Source of the DNA: Eledone cirrhosa
Taxonomy: Eukaryota
Length of the DNA stretch: 64,000 bases
Direction of reading: 5' to 3'
Assembly: GCA_964016885.1 (NCBI GenBank)
Contig: OZ024742.1
Span: 312,666,001 to 312,730,000 of the forward strand
Below, in pieces: positions 50,420-64,000 of the stretch (positions within the stretch are counted from its first letter, which is position 1; each line of letters begins with the position of its first letter). The notes under the pieces are model-generated. The model did no database searches and was not told the origin of the DNA. It saw only the letters and a program-made list of their open reading frames with translations. Made by a program: the position numbers and the translations under genes.

Positions 50420-51483
50420 AGAGCATCACCCACCCCATCATCACCACTCCACCACCCCTATCACCACCATTACCACCATCACCACCACCACCACCACCAT
50501 CATCACAACCACCACTGCTACCCCCATCACCATCATCATTACCACCATCACAACCACCACCATCACCACCATCACAACCACCACCACTACCCCCATCACC
50601 ACCGCCAGCACCACCACCTCCATTAATACCCCCATCATCATCATTACCTCTCCACCATCACCACCTTCACAACCACCACCATCACCACCAATACCCCCAT
50701 CATCATCATTACCTCTCCACCATCACCACAACCTTCACCACCTCACAACCACCACCATCACCACCAATACCCCCATCATCATCATTACCTCTCCACCATC
50801 ACCACAACCTTCACCACCATCACAACCACCACCACGATCATCATAACCACCACCAGCACCATCATAACCACCATCACCATCACCATCACCACCACCACCA
50901 TCACCACTATCACAACCACCACAACCACCACCACCACCAGCACCACCACCACCATCACAACAACCACCACCACCACCATCACAACCACCACCACCACCAC
51001 CGCCATCACCACCACCACCACCACCACCACCACCATCACAACCACCACCACCACCATCACAACCACCATCACCACCACCACCATCATCACCACTACCATC
51101 ACAGCCACCATCACCACCATCAATACCCACCACCACCACCACCACTACCATCACAGCCACCACCACCACCATCAATACCCACCACCACCATCACCACCAC
51201 CACCACCACCACCACCACCACCACCACCACCACTACCACCACCACCACCACCACAACCACCACCACCACCACCACCACCACCACCACCACCACCACCACC
51301 ACCACCACCACCACCATCACCACCACCACCACCACCATCACCACCACCACCACCACCACCACTACCACCACCACCACAACCACCACAACCACCACCACCA
51401 CCACCACCACAACCACCACCATCATCACCACTACCATCACAGCCACCACCACCACCACCACCACCACCACCACCACCACCACT
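50420..51483. repeat. (CAC)/(CAT)n microsatellite
   Basis: Direct reading. Confidence 0.95.
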
Positions 51484-51654
51484 AAATTATTAGTATAACT
51501 ATTGTATATATTTGTTAAATTCCTGAGTATATATCATTAGTTATTTCAACTTCCTGTGATTTACACCAACCACACATGTTTGTTGATAGAAAATATTACT
51601 TTATCGACATTTCTTTCCTAATATTAGCTTATCATTATCATTATCGGCTGCATT

Positions 51655-52870
51655 ACTGTTCTTGTTGTTGTTGTTAGTGTTGTTGTTGTTGTTGTTGTTA
51701 CTGTTATTTTTGTTGTTAGTGTTGTTATTGTTGTTGTTACTGTTGTTTTTGTTGTTATTGTTGTTATTGTTGTTGTTGTTACTGTTGGTTTTGTTGTTAG
51801 TGTTGTTATTGTCATTGTTGTTAGTATTATTGCTTTGGTTGTTGATGTTATTGTTGTTTTTGTTATTATTGTTGTTAGTGTTATTGTTGTTGTTGCTATT
51901 GCTTTGGTTGCTGTTGTTATTATTGTTGTTGTTGCTATTGCTTTGGTTGTTGTTATTATTGTTGTTGTTAGTGTTAGTGTTGTTGTTGTTGCTATTGCTT
52001 TGGTTGCTGTTGTTATTATTGTTGTTGTTAGTGTTGTTGTTATTGCTTTGGTTGTTGTTGTTATTTTTTTTGTTGATATAATTATTAATATTTTTGTTGT
52101 TGTTGCTGCTGTTGTTATTATTGTTGTTGTTAGTGTTGTTGTTGTTATTGCTTTGGTTGTTGATGCTATTGTTATCGTTTCTGTTAGTATTGTTGTTGAT
52201 GCTGTTGTTGTTATTGTTGTTAGTATTATTTTTGTTGTAACTATTAATATTTTTATTGTTGTTGCTGTTGATGTTGCTGTTATTGTTATTTTTATTGTTA
52301 GTGTTATTTGTTGTTACTATTAATATTGTTTCTACTGTTGGCACAAGGCCAGCAATTACCCAGTACATTACTGGTACTTTATTTTATCGACCCCATAAGG
52401 ATGAAAGGCAAAGATAACCTCGGCGGGATTTGAACTCAGATCATAAAGGGAGGTAACTCTATGCTTCAAAGCATGGTGTCCGACCCTCTACCAATACTGC
52501 CAATCCACCGCCCTTTTACTATTGCTTTGGTTGTTGTTGTTATTGTTATTATTGATTTAGTTGTTGTTATTCTTGCTAGTGTTATTTTTGTTCTTGTTGT
52601 TAGTGTTGTTAGTATCATTTTTGTTGTGGTTGTTGCTATTGATGCTTTGGTTGTTGTTGTTGTTGTTGTTATTATTATTGTTGTTACTATTAATATTTTT
52701 GATGTTGCTATTGCTTTGGTTGTTGTTATTGTTGTTACTATTAATATTGCTGTTGTTGTTGATGCTGTTGTTGTTATTACTGTTGTTGCTACTGTTATTG
52801 TTATATCTATTGTTGTTGTTGCCGCCATTTTGTTGTTACTGTTGTTGTTACTGTTGTTGTTGTTGCTGCT
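51655..52870. repeat. (GTT)n microsatellite interrupted by a Meta-like SINE (52325-52513, -)
   Basis: Direct reading; poly-N/L/V pseudo-ORFs. Confidence 0.92.
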
Positions 52871-53249
52871 GCTGCTGCCACACCCACCTCTCTCATTGTT
52901 TCTGTTCTTTTACTATTATTGTTGTTGTAGTTGCTTTATTCTCACCACCATCAGCACCACCAGTACCTTCCATCATCCATCACAACCACCACCACCACCA
53001 CTACCAACACCAAACACCACCACCACCACCACCATCAAACACCACCATCAGCACCATCCCTACCACTATCATCACCATCACCACCAGCAGAAAGTGTATG
53101 TGTGTGCATGCTTGTGTGTGTTTGTAATCATATGTGAGGATTATTATACATACATATATAAATATATATGTGTATGTATGTATGTGTGTGTGTTTGCTTA
53201 AGTAATAATAATAAATATAAATATATACAAACATGTATGTTTATATGAA

Positions 53250-54480
<1,231 letters not shown>

Positions 54481-54484
<4 letters not shown>

Positions 54485-54688
54485 AAAATGTTTAAACCAG
54501 ACAGCAGAGCTTAAGCCATTTTGACAGCTATTTCTGGACTCAACTGAGTCCAGAAATAGCCGTCGAAACGGCTTGAGCTCTGCCGTCTGGGTTAAACATT
54601 CTCCTATTACCCACTCTACTACCCTAAGTTTTGAGTACACTGGTGCTTTATGGTCCATCTGGTTCCTTACCACACTTCCGTCGTTATA
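54481..54688 (+). mobile_element. Fold-back element carrying the 3' half of a hammerhead (PLE pLTR-like)
   Basis: ~62-bp inverted arms 54481-54606; GAAAC-GGC..GCC-GUC-UGGG at 54565-54591; tail shared with 44923-45000; flanked by (TA)n. Confidence 0.55.
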
Positions 54689-54718
54689 TATATAAATACA
54701 TATATACACCTATATATA

Positions 54719-54829
<111 letters not shown>

Positions 54830-55527
54830 ATGTATATGTATGTATGTGTGTACTTAGATTACTTATATAAAAGGAACAATAAGATTTTATGAGAGGAAAA
54901 TGAAGTGAACATCGATTGTGAAATTGTCCTCTCTAGTTTATTGTTCTGTTCTTGTTTTTCTCTAATCAGAAAGGGAGACTGTGTGTGTGTGTGTGTGTTG
55001 TGTATATGTATGTGTCCATATATGTGTGTGTCTATGTATGTATGTGTCCTTATATGTGTGTGTCTATGTATATATATGTCCATTATATGTGTGTCTGTGT
55101 CTATGTATGTATGTGTCAATATATGTGTGTGTCTATGTATGTATGTGTCCTTATATATGTGTGTCTGTGTCTATGTTTGTGCATGTCTGTATGCATGTAT
55201 ATGTCTATGTATGCATATGTGTGTGTGCGAGAGAAAGAGTATGTGTGTGTGAGTACATGTGTGTGAGTGTGTTGCATGTATGCATGCAGACATGCACTCG
55301 CTGCATATATCTTAGTGCCGTTGGGTTAGGTTAGCAGTCACAGTGTCTGTTAGTTCAACAATGACATCATCATCATTATCAGCATCTTCAACAGCTCCAC
55401 CACCTCCCCCACCAGATAAACTAAACTACCAGTAAAATATTGGGGTGTATGAATATAATAAGTGTCCCCTCCTCAAACATTTCTGGCTTTGTTCCTAAAT
55501 TAGAAATCATTACTTAAACGGAGAAAA

Positions 55528-57200
55528 GGGCAGTGGTCTGGCAGAATTGGTAGAGCATTGGACAAAATGCTTTGTGGTATTTGTTCTGGCCCTTTACATT
55601 TTGCGTTCAAATCCTGCCGAGGTCAACTGTGCCTTTCATCCTTCCACGTTTGATATAATAAAGCCCCAGTAAAGCACTAAGATCAATTTAGTTGATTTCC
55701 CCACTCTGCATAAATCTGCTTGTGCCTATCTTAGAAACAATTATTTAATCTGTTGTCAGCCTTCACTGAATATATCTATGATCAAAAACGTTTCTGCCAT
55801 GATCATCCCATTTATCTTCTAGACGCACATTATATATGTAGTATTATATCACCTGCCTCAGGGTAGTGGATTGGCAGTATCAGTAGAGTATTGGACACCA
55901 TGCTTTGCAGCATAGAGTTATGGTCCTTTACAGTCTGAATCCAAATCCCGCCAAGGTTAGCTTGTTTTTCATCCTTACGGGGTCGATAAAATAAAGCACC
56001 AGTAATGCACTGGGGTTGATTTAATTGACTTTCCTCTCCCTCAAAATTGCTGGCCTTGTGCCTATACTAGAAATCATTATATTACCTTTCTTTTAGATGG
56101 TAGAGTGCAGTTTAAAGCTTTTGTTACTATATTTCTATTGAAAGATACTGGTGTTTGGAACATAACTTAACAAAAGTTATTAGATAAAATTATAATTGAA
56201 CATTTAAATTTAAATACTAGTGCATTGACAAATCATGGCAGTTTTCCTAATGATAGAGAAAAATTTTTTAATCATTTTAAAAATAATCAAGAATTTAAAG
56301 GAAGTTAATAATGGTTTTTGATTTAGGCATAAGACAAATAATTTGTTGGGAGGGAGAAGTTGATTAAATTAACAACAGTGTATTACTGGTATTTTATTTT
56401 ATTGACCCCATAAGGATGAAAGGCAAAACTAATTTTGGTAGGATTTGAATGCAGAAGATAAAGGGCTGTAACTACATACCACAAAGCATGTTGTCCGATT
56501 CTCTGCCGATACTGCCATTCGTTGCTTTTGAGGGATTTAATAATACAACTAAATTTCTCATTAAGCTGGTATTTGGAGCATAATTTAACAAAGTTTCATG
56601 CATGAAATTATTACAGATTCTTTTTTATTCACCTGATATTCCCCCTCCATACACACACATGCATGTATCTGTGTGTATATCATGACTCATACACTGTTCA
56701 CTTTCCTGACATATGTACATTATTGGCAGTGGATTGGCAGTAGCGGTAGAGGGTCGGACGCCATGCTTTGCAGCAAAAAGTTACGGCCCTTTATGATCTG
56801 AGTTCAAACCCCGCCGAAGTTAACTTTACCTTTCATCCTTACGGGGTCGATAAAATAAAGTACCAGTAATACACTGGAATAATTGCTGGCCTTGTGCCAA
56901 AAGTAGAAACAATTGTTCTATGTACTATACATGCACCTTTGATGAGTAGTAGTGTACCTGAACACTGTATACAATAATTTTCATTATTATTATTCATTAT
57001 TATAAATATAAAGGGCGGTGGATTGGCAGTATCGGTAGAGCGTCAGACACCATGCTTTACAGCATAGAGTTATGGCCCTTTGCGTTGTGAGTTCAAATCC
57101 TGCCGAGGTTAACTTTGCCTTTCATCCTTATGGGGTTGATAAAATAAAGTACCAGTAATGCACTGGGTAATTGCTGGCTTTGTGCAAAAATAGAAACAAT
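55528..57200. mobile_element. Cluster of five Meta-like SINEs (~55528+, 55860+, 56312-, 56724+, 57012+)
   Basis: ggcggtggattggcagtatcggtagag (A-box-like)...gttcaaatcc (B-box)...gcctttcatccttacggggtcgataaaataaagtaccag. Confidence 0.82.
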
Positions 57201-57223
57201 TATTAGAAATATAAAGGCTTTAA

Positions 57224-57809
57224 CCATTTAGCATTTAAACCAGCCATATCCAGCCAGAATTCTCTCCCCTCTTTCTGTTCAAACCGGTCGTAACCGGCCC
57301 CTCATAATGACATGAAGGTATTCTTCTCAAAATAAATTATATCAAAATCTCGTAGATTCGATATTATGTGAGATAATTATGTAAAATGAAGCCTTTACCA
57401 CAAAAATCAAATAGTAAATATAGAGTGACCTCTGGCATCATGCAGTCATACAGAAGACCCGACTTCCCACGGGAACAAGCAGACACTGAAGCATATAGAC
57501 AATACGCTCCCATCCCCTCCCACTGCAAAGGGGTTGTGGAGGTGTCACAACAAAAAGTCACCCAGCCCACACTGTAAAGTGGTCGTGTAGGCACCATGGA
57601 AAAAAAGCACCCAGTACTCACTGTAAATGAGGTTGGTGTTAGGAAGGGCATCCAGCTGTAGAAATCAAGCCAAATCAGTTCCCGTATGAGCAAGACAAGA
57701 GACAAGGTCACCCAACCTGACACTGCCCACAACAGGACTAATCTGTGTTAGCGTTGAAGAATGGACATAAAATGGTGATGATGATGAGTGTAATGTAAAT
57801 GCTAAAGGG
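57224..57809 (+). mobile_element. piggyBac-like MITE interrupted by an RTE-B 3' fragment (~57428-57785)
   Basis: TTAA ends at 57220 and 57810; RTE UTR with (GAT)n flanked by duplicated gagtg. Confidence 0.8.
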
Positions 57810-58147
57810 TTAAATTAAACAGCTTTGTATCATAGAACCAGGGGTAGTTTCAGTATTTTGGGGATAAAAAGAAAATGTAAAAGGAAATTTGGCTGCGATT
57901 TCTAGCAGGTCAAGCAACCATGCAGTGGTTTACTTATTATAAGAAAATAATTCTGTATGATGTGTTTCTGCAGACAACTGGTTGTCAGTGTTGGGTGAAT
58001 TCTGACCAAGCCAACATCATTTGAAAATGTTTGTCTGGAGCAACATAAAATTTGTAAGTAATTCAAGACCTTTACAGATAAATGTCATGAGAAATTATAC
58101 TGGTGAATGTATAGACAAGTGTTCTTCTGAACTACATTATAGGGTAG

Positions 58148-58930
58148 GGTGATGGTGGTGATGATGGTGGTGAGGAGGAGGGGGATAGTGGTGGTGAGGA
58201 TGGTGATGAGGACGATGAGGATGGTGATCATGATGATGACCATAATGGTGATGATGATAGTGATGATGAGGATGGTGATGGTGATGCTGGTGGTGATGAT
58301 GATGAGGATGATGATGATGACCATAATGGTGATGATGATGATGGTGACCATAATGGTGATGATGATGGTGATGATGACCATAATGGTGATGATGATGATG
58401 ATGATGATGACCATAATGGTGATGATGGTGGTGATGATGACCATAATGGTGATGATGATGACGAGGATGGTGATGATGATGGTGACGATGATGGTGATGA
58501 TGATGGTGATGATGGTGATGATGATGGTGATGATGGTGATGATGGTGGTGATGATGGTGGTGATGATGGTGATGATGATGGTGGTGATGATGGTGATGAT
58601 GGTGATGATGGTGATGATGATGGTGGTGATGGTGGTGATGGTGGCGATGATGGTGATGATGGTGGTGATGATGGTGATGATGATGGTGGTGATGATGGTG
58701 ATGATGATGGTGGTGGTAATGGTGATGATGACGGTGATAATGGTGATTATGATGGTGATGATGATGATGATAATAATAATGATGATGTAGATGATGATGT
58801 AGTGATTGTAATGATGATGGGGATAATGAGTTTGAAGATGATGAGATTCATAACAATGATAATGATGATAATGATGATGATGATAATGATGATGATGATA
58901 ACGATGAAGGTGTTTATCATGATGACAGTC
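58148..58930. repeat. (GAT)/(GGT)n microsatellite
   Basis: Direct reading. Confidence 0.95.
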
Positions 58931-59275
58931 ATAAATAAATTGTAAAGAAACAGATCATCATCATCATCATCATCGTCTTGACAACCACCTCTAACATTTG
59001 ATCGTCATCATCATCATCAACATCAATATTCAAACTACCACCAATTCCTTAATCATTATTATCAGCAGCCCCGCCACTATTACTCCAAACACCATCTTCA
59101 TAATCCTTACCAACATTATTATCACCACCACCATTCTGAGTTCAAATCCCGCCGAGGTTGACTTTGCTTTTCATCCTTACGGGGTCGATAAAATAAAGTA
59201 CCAGTAATACACTGGGTAATTGCTGGCCTTGTGCCAAAAGTAGAAACCATTATTATCACCACCACCGCCACCACC

Positions 59276-60332
59276 ACTAGTACCTCTTCCTTCACTACTA
59301 TTACCCCCACCACCACCACCACTAGCACCTCTTCCTTCACTACTATTACCCCCACCACCACCACCACTAGCACCTCTTCCTTCACTACTATTACCCCCAC
59401 CACCACCACCACTAGCACCTCTTCCTTCACTACTATTACCCCCACCACCACCACCACTAGCACCTCTTCCTTCACTACTATTACCACCACCACCACCACC
59501 ACTAGCACCTCTTCCTTCACTACTATTACCCCCACCACCACCACCACTAGCACCTCTTCCTTCACTACTATTACCACCACCACCACCACTAGCACCTCTT
59601 CCTTCACTACTATTACCACCACCACCACCACTAGCACCTCTTCCTTCACTACTATTACCACCACCACCACCACCACTAGCACCTCTTCCTTCACTACTAT
59701 TACCACCACCACCACCACCACCACCACTAGCACCTCTTCCTTCACTACTATTACCACCACCACCACCACTAGCACCTCTTCCTTCACTACTATTACCACC
59801 ACCACCACCACCACTAGCACCTCTTCCTTCACTACTATTACCACCACCACCACCACCACCACTAGCACCTCTTCCTTCACTACTATTACCACCACCACCA
59901 CCACCACCACCACTAGCACCTCTTCCTTCACTACTATTACCACCACCACCACCACTAGCACCTCTTCCTTCACTACTATTACCACCACCACCACCACTAG
60001 CACCTCTTCCTTCACTACTATTACCACCACCACCACCACTAGCACCTCTTCCTTCACTACTATTACCACCACCACCACCACTAGCACCTCTTCCTTCACT
60101 ACTATTACCACCACCACCACCACTAGCACCTCTTCCTTCACTACTATTACCACCACCACCACCACCACTAGCACCTCTTCCTTCACTACTATTACCACCA
60201 CCACCACTAGCACCTCTTCCTTCACTACTATTACCACCACCACCACCACCACTAGCATCTCTTCCTTCACTACTATTACCCCCCCCCCCCCTCCCACCAC
60301 TACCACTAGCATCTCTTCCTTCACTACTATCA
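59276..60332. repeat. Minisatellite: constant actagcacctcttccttcactactatt plus variable (ACC)n, about 24 units
   Basis: Direct reading; unit lengths vary in steps of 3. Confidence 0.95.
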
Positions 60333-60564
60333 TCACCACTACCACTGACTTCACTACTATCACTACCATTACCATAATCTTTACTACCATCCTAATCACT
60401 ATCCTCTTCCCCTCCTCATCTGCCACCTTATCACCTCTATGAAAAGCTGTAGTTGTTACCTCTAGCAATTTCACCTCTATTACCATTATCTAGATCTTTA
60501 TCATCCATATCATCACTATTATCATCACTACAATCATCATCTCTGGCCAACAAACAGGCTTCTA

Positions 60565-60830
60565 CATGGTCTAGTGGTTTAGCAACTTCCACTCACAATC
60601 ATAAATTTGTAAGTTCGATTCTCAGATCAGGTGGTGCTTTATGTCTTTGGATGTTGCTCCAGTTCACTCAGCTGGAAAGAAATGAATACCAGTTGCAGCA
60701 ATAGCAGCAGATGGGAGTTAACTCTGTAACAGACTGGTGTTCTATCCAGAGGGAAGTCTTGTAATCTCAGTTGCTTAATGACCAATGAAATTGGAATAAG
60801 CTCTGGTCTGATGTGCTTCTGGATGGTCCA
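60565..60830 (+). mobile_element. Decayed CORE-like SINE
   Basis: tggtctagtggttta..gttcgatt..ttgctccagttcactcagctgg. Confidence 0.55.
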
Positions 60831-61061
60831 AACTTTAACTATCAGCCAAATCTTTATCATCCTCATCATTTCTGATAAGCAATTAAACCTCTATATGATT
60901 GCTTGACCTACAAGAAACAACAGTCAAATCTACCTTAACACTTTAGCATTTAAACCGGCTGTATCCGGCCAGAATTCTTTCATCACCATCATCATCACCA
61001 TATACTATGTATTTAAACAAACAATGTATTTTACTGATTCTCAACAAATACTGAATAATAA

Positions 61062-62065
61062 TGGTTTCTGATTTAGGCACAAGGCCAACAATTTTAGGGG
61101 ATGGGAAAGTCAATTAAATCGACCCTGGGGCATTACCGGTGCTTTATTTCATCAACCCCATAAAGATGAAAGGCAAAGCTAACCTCGGCTGGATTTGAAC
61201 TCAGAACGTAAAGGGCTGTAACTCTATTCTGCAAAGCATGTTGTGTGTTGCTCTACCAATACAGCCAATCCCTTTATTAATAATCGTTTCTACTTTTGGC
61301 ACAAGGCCAGCAATTACACCAGTGCATAACTGGTGCTTTATTTTATTGACCCCCACAAGGTTGAAAGGCAAAGCTAACCTCGGTGGGATTTTGAACTCAG
61401 GGCCATAACTCTATGTTGCCAAGCATGTTGTGTGTTGCTCTACCAATATTGCCAATCCACCACCCTTTATTAACAATGTTGATATATTCGTGAAAATGCC
61501 TTCCTTGTAGCTTTGAATAAACTCTATACTTTGGAGTTTCTTTTATGCTTTGTACTCTTGTTCAATGGTTTCTGTTCACCATATAAAGTTTGTTTGTAAG
61601 ATAGCTTTTGTCTGATAACATTCTAAACTGGCTGTCATGTAAATTTGTGCAGTTAGATAATAACTTTTATTTCCAGTGATGATCAAATATGGGTTGAAAC
61701 CTAATGACTGGTGATATAAAAAACAATACAAAAGGTAGAATAACTGTTATATTGGAATTAGGGCAGTTGGATGGAGGGAAAAGTTCAATGATTGAATGGA
61801 TTATTGAAACTTAAAAGGAACTGTGAAGATTATAATTTCACCAGAGCTATGAAGAAATATAGTTTCTGATTTAGGCACAGGGCTAGCAAGTTGAGGATGG
61901 CTTAAGTCAAGTATATTGACCTCAGTACTTTACTAGAATGATAATTTATTGAACTCAAAAGGATGAAAGGCAACGTTGACCTCAGTGTGATTTGAGCCGA
62001 GAATGTAAAGAGCCATAACTAAATGCTACAAAGCATTTTGTTCAACACTCTAATAATGCTACCAA
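61062..62065 (-). mobile_element. Three Meta-like SINEs (~61062, 61283, 61861)
   Basis: Reverse complement of the common SINE. Confidence 0.72.
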
Positions 62066-62255
62066 TGTTAACATCATAAATATTTTACTTGTTGAGAGTG
62101 AGTAAAATATATTTGCGTAATTATGAGTTGTATGGCTCTCTTTATTAACTTATCAAAATAGTTACACAAAAATGTTACTTCCAAATTATTTCAGAAATAT
62201 ATATATATGATATAGGTGATTATAGTGGAGTATACCACTATTATTGTTGGTAAGG

Positions 62256-62394
62256 TGAAAGAAACTCTATGCACATGAACATCCTCAGTTCATCAGGGGT
62301 TTATGAATAAGTCATATATATATATATATGACTTATTCAGCTGTTTTAAACCCCTAATGAACTGAGGATGTTCATGTGCATAGAGTTTCTTTCA
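62256..62394. repeat. ~140-bp palindrome centred on (AT)n, containing a CUGAUGA half-hammerhead (minus strand)
   Basis: tgaaagaaactctatgcac...gtgcatagagtttctttca; TCATCAG at 62290-62296. Confidence 0.8.
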
Positions 62395-62404
62395 TATATA
62401 AATA

Positions 62405-64000
62405 CCTCCCCCATGAAGAATGCACCTCCCAAAATAGACTGATAATTAGCAACCTAATAGTCAGGACGAGACGTACTAGACAGCAGAAGATGACTATCCT
62501 CAGGAGAAAAATATGGAAGCTAAAGGACCCCACAGCCAGAAATAAATTTAAAAGCATACTACTTGATGCTTTCGACAGTAAGGAAGAGCAATTAGAGTCG
62601 TACAATATAGAGGAACAGTGGGAATTCCTGAAAGCAAACCTGCTGATGGCGGCAGACGAAGTCTGTGGCTGGAGCAGGCCTGTAGGCAGGAGGAGAGTAA
62701 CATGGTGGTGGAACAGTAAGGTGGAGGAGTCAATTAAGGCCAAAAGCAGGCTTGGAAAGTATGGCGGGATGGGGTAAGTAGAGAAGACTATCAAGTGGCC
62801 AGGAGGGAAGCTAGGAGACAAGTGTACTTTGCAAGAAGGGAAGCAGAGGAAAGAAAGTTCAAGCATGTTCTACAATGCGAGGACCAAAAACGTGAGGTGT
62901 TCAGGATTGCTAGGGAATGTGTCAAGGAAAACCGTGATATTGTCGGGGAGAAGTACTTAATGATGACGGCGTACTTGCCATCGCCGACACTGATAAGAAG
63001 GTAGCTTGGAAGTGTCACTACGAAAGGCTACTAAATGAGGAGAATAAATGGGAAAAAGACAGTCTCCCCCCACATCGACCCAATAGAGGGACCAGCAGTG
63101 TTAGTCGAGGGTAGTATAATAAGTAAGGCAATCAAAGATATGAAGATGGGTAAGGCGGCTGGGCCTTCGGAAATAGTTGCTGAGATGCTGAAGGCATCTG
63201 GAACGGTGGGACACACCATGGTCACCTGGATAGTTAACCAAGTCGTACAGAATGGGGTTGTTCCGAAGGACTGGCATAGCAGCATCATCATTAACTGTTA
63301 TAAGGGTAAAGGAGATGCCCTAGATAGGAGTAACTATAGAGGCATTAAATTAATCGACCAAGTCATGAAGGTCACGGAAAAAGTAATAGCGCAACTAATC
63401 AGAGAGAGAATTGATCAAGATGAAATGCAGTTCGGGTTTGTGTCAGGCAAAAGTACCACAGACGCTCTTTTCATTGTACGACAACTACAGGAGAAGTACC
63501 GGGCTAAAAGTAAACCCCTATACTTAGCTTTTGTCGACTTGGAGAAAGCCTTCGACAGAGTCCCCTGTTCCATTATCTGGTGGGCTCTTAGAAAACTAGG
63601 TGTTGACGAATGGCTTGGGAGAGCTATACAAGCCATGTATAAAGAAACAGTGAGCAAGGTTAGAATTAACAACGAATATAGTGAAGAGTTTAGCGTAAAA
63701 GTTGGTGTCCATCAGGGCTCTGTTCTTAGCCTCCTACTATTTATTATTGCCCTTCAGGCTATAACAGAGGAGTTCAAGACCGGCTGCCCATGGGAACTCC
63801 TATACGCAGATGACCTAATGCTCATAGCTGAATCAATAGCTGAACTAGAGAAGAAATTCCAAACATGGAAGCACGGCCTAGAATCAAAAGGCCTTAAAAT
63901 TAACCTGGCTAAGACTAAAGTTCTAGTTTGTAAGAAAGAAAATAAGGCGGCGGTCCCTTCCGGGAAGTGGCCATGCTCAGTGTGTAGGAAAGGCGTAGGT
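62405..64000 (+). mobile_element. RTE LINE subfamily A, 5'-truncated, runs off the window
   Basis: Colinear with 6716-8310 (LPHEEC..., RT motifs, YADD at ~63800-63815, WPCSVC at the end); stops and frameshifts. Confidence 0.95.

Noticed and set aside
55528-57200. tRNA genes suggested by A/B boxes (GTTCAAATCC)
   Set aside because: No cloverleaf; these are SINE heads.
57961-58058. Apparent exon with ttctgcag acceptor and gtaagt donor
   Set aside because: Stop codons in all three frames and no other supporting exons; a lncRNA exon cannot be supported from sequence alone.
59276-60332. CRISPR-like constant repeat with variable spacers
   Set aside because: Spacers are only (ACC)n length variants, there are no cas genes and the context is eukaryotic.

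Overview
AT-rich, repeat-saturated animal genomic DNA. The SINE/LINE repertoire and dense (TA)n, (CAC)n and (GAT)n microsatellites suggest a coleoid cephalopod such as Octopus (inference). No host protein-coding gene could be supported, and almost all long ORFs in the track are microsatellite translations or decayed retroelement ORFs. The window contains at least three subfamilies of RTE LINEs (APE + RT + PHD-like Cys finger, (GAT)n tails, often landing in (TA)n); two decayed Penelope-like elements (RT + GIY-YIG), each with an inverted terminal copy; fossils of CRE, R4/Dong, BovB-like RTE and Gypsy elements; a non-autonomous Helitron; piggyBac-like (TTAA) and hAT MITEs; and dozens of tRNA-headed SINEs. 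The most notable signal is a dense set of type I hammerhead ribozyme folds read by eye between 23.4 and 62.4 kb. The best case is a ~707-bp tandem array (31972-35543) with one hammerhead per unit plus an antisense fossil of a Penelope GIY-YIG endonuclease, a candidate Penelope-derived retrozyme/circular-RNA system. Other motifs include a palindrome carrying a hammerhead on each strand, covarying stem II variants and a U3-A8 compensatory core variant. All structures were read manually and not computed. Coordinates of degenerate repeats are approximate.
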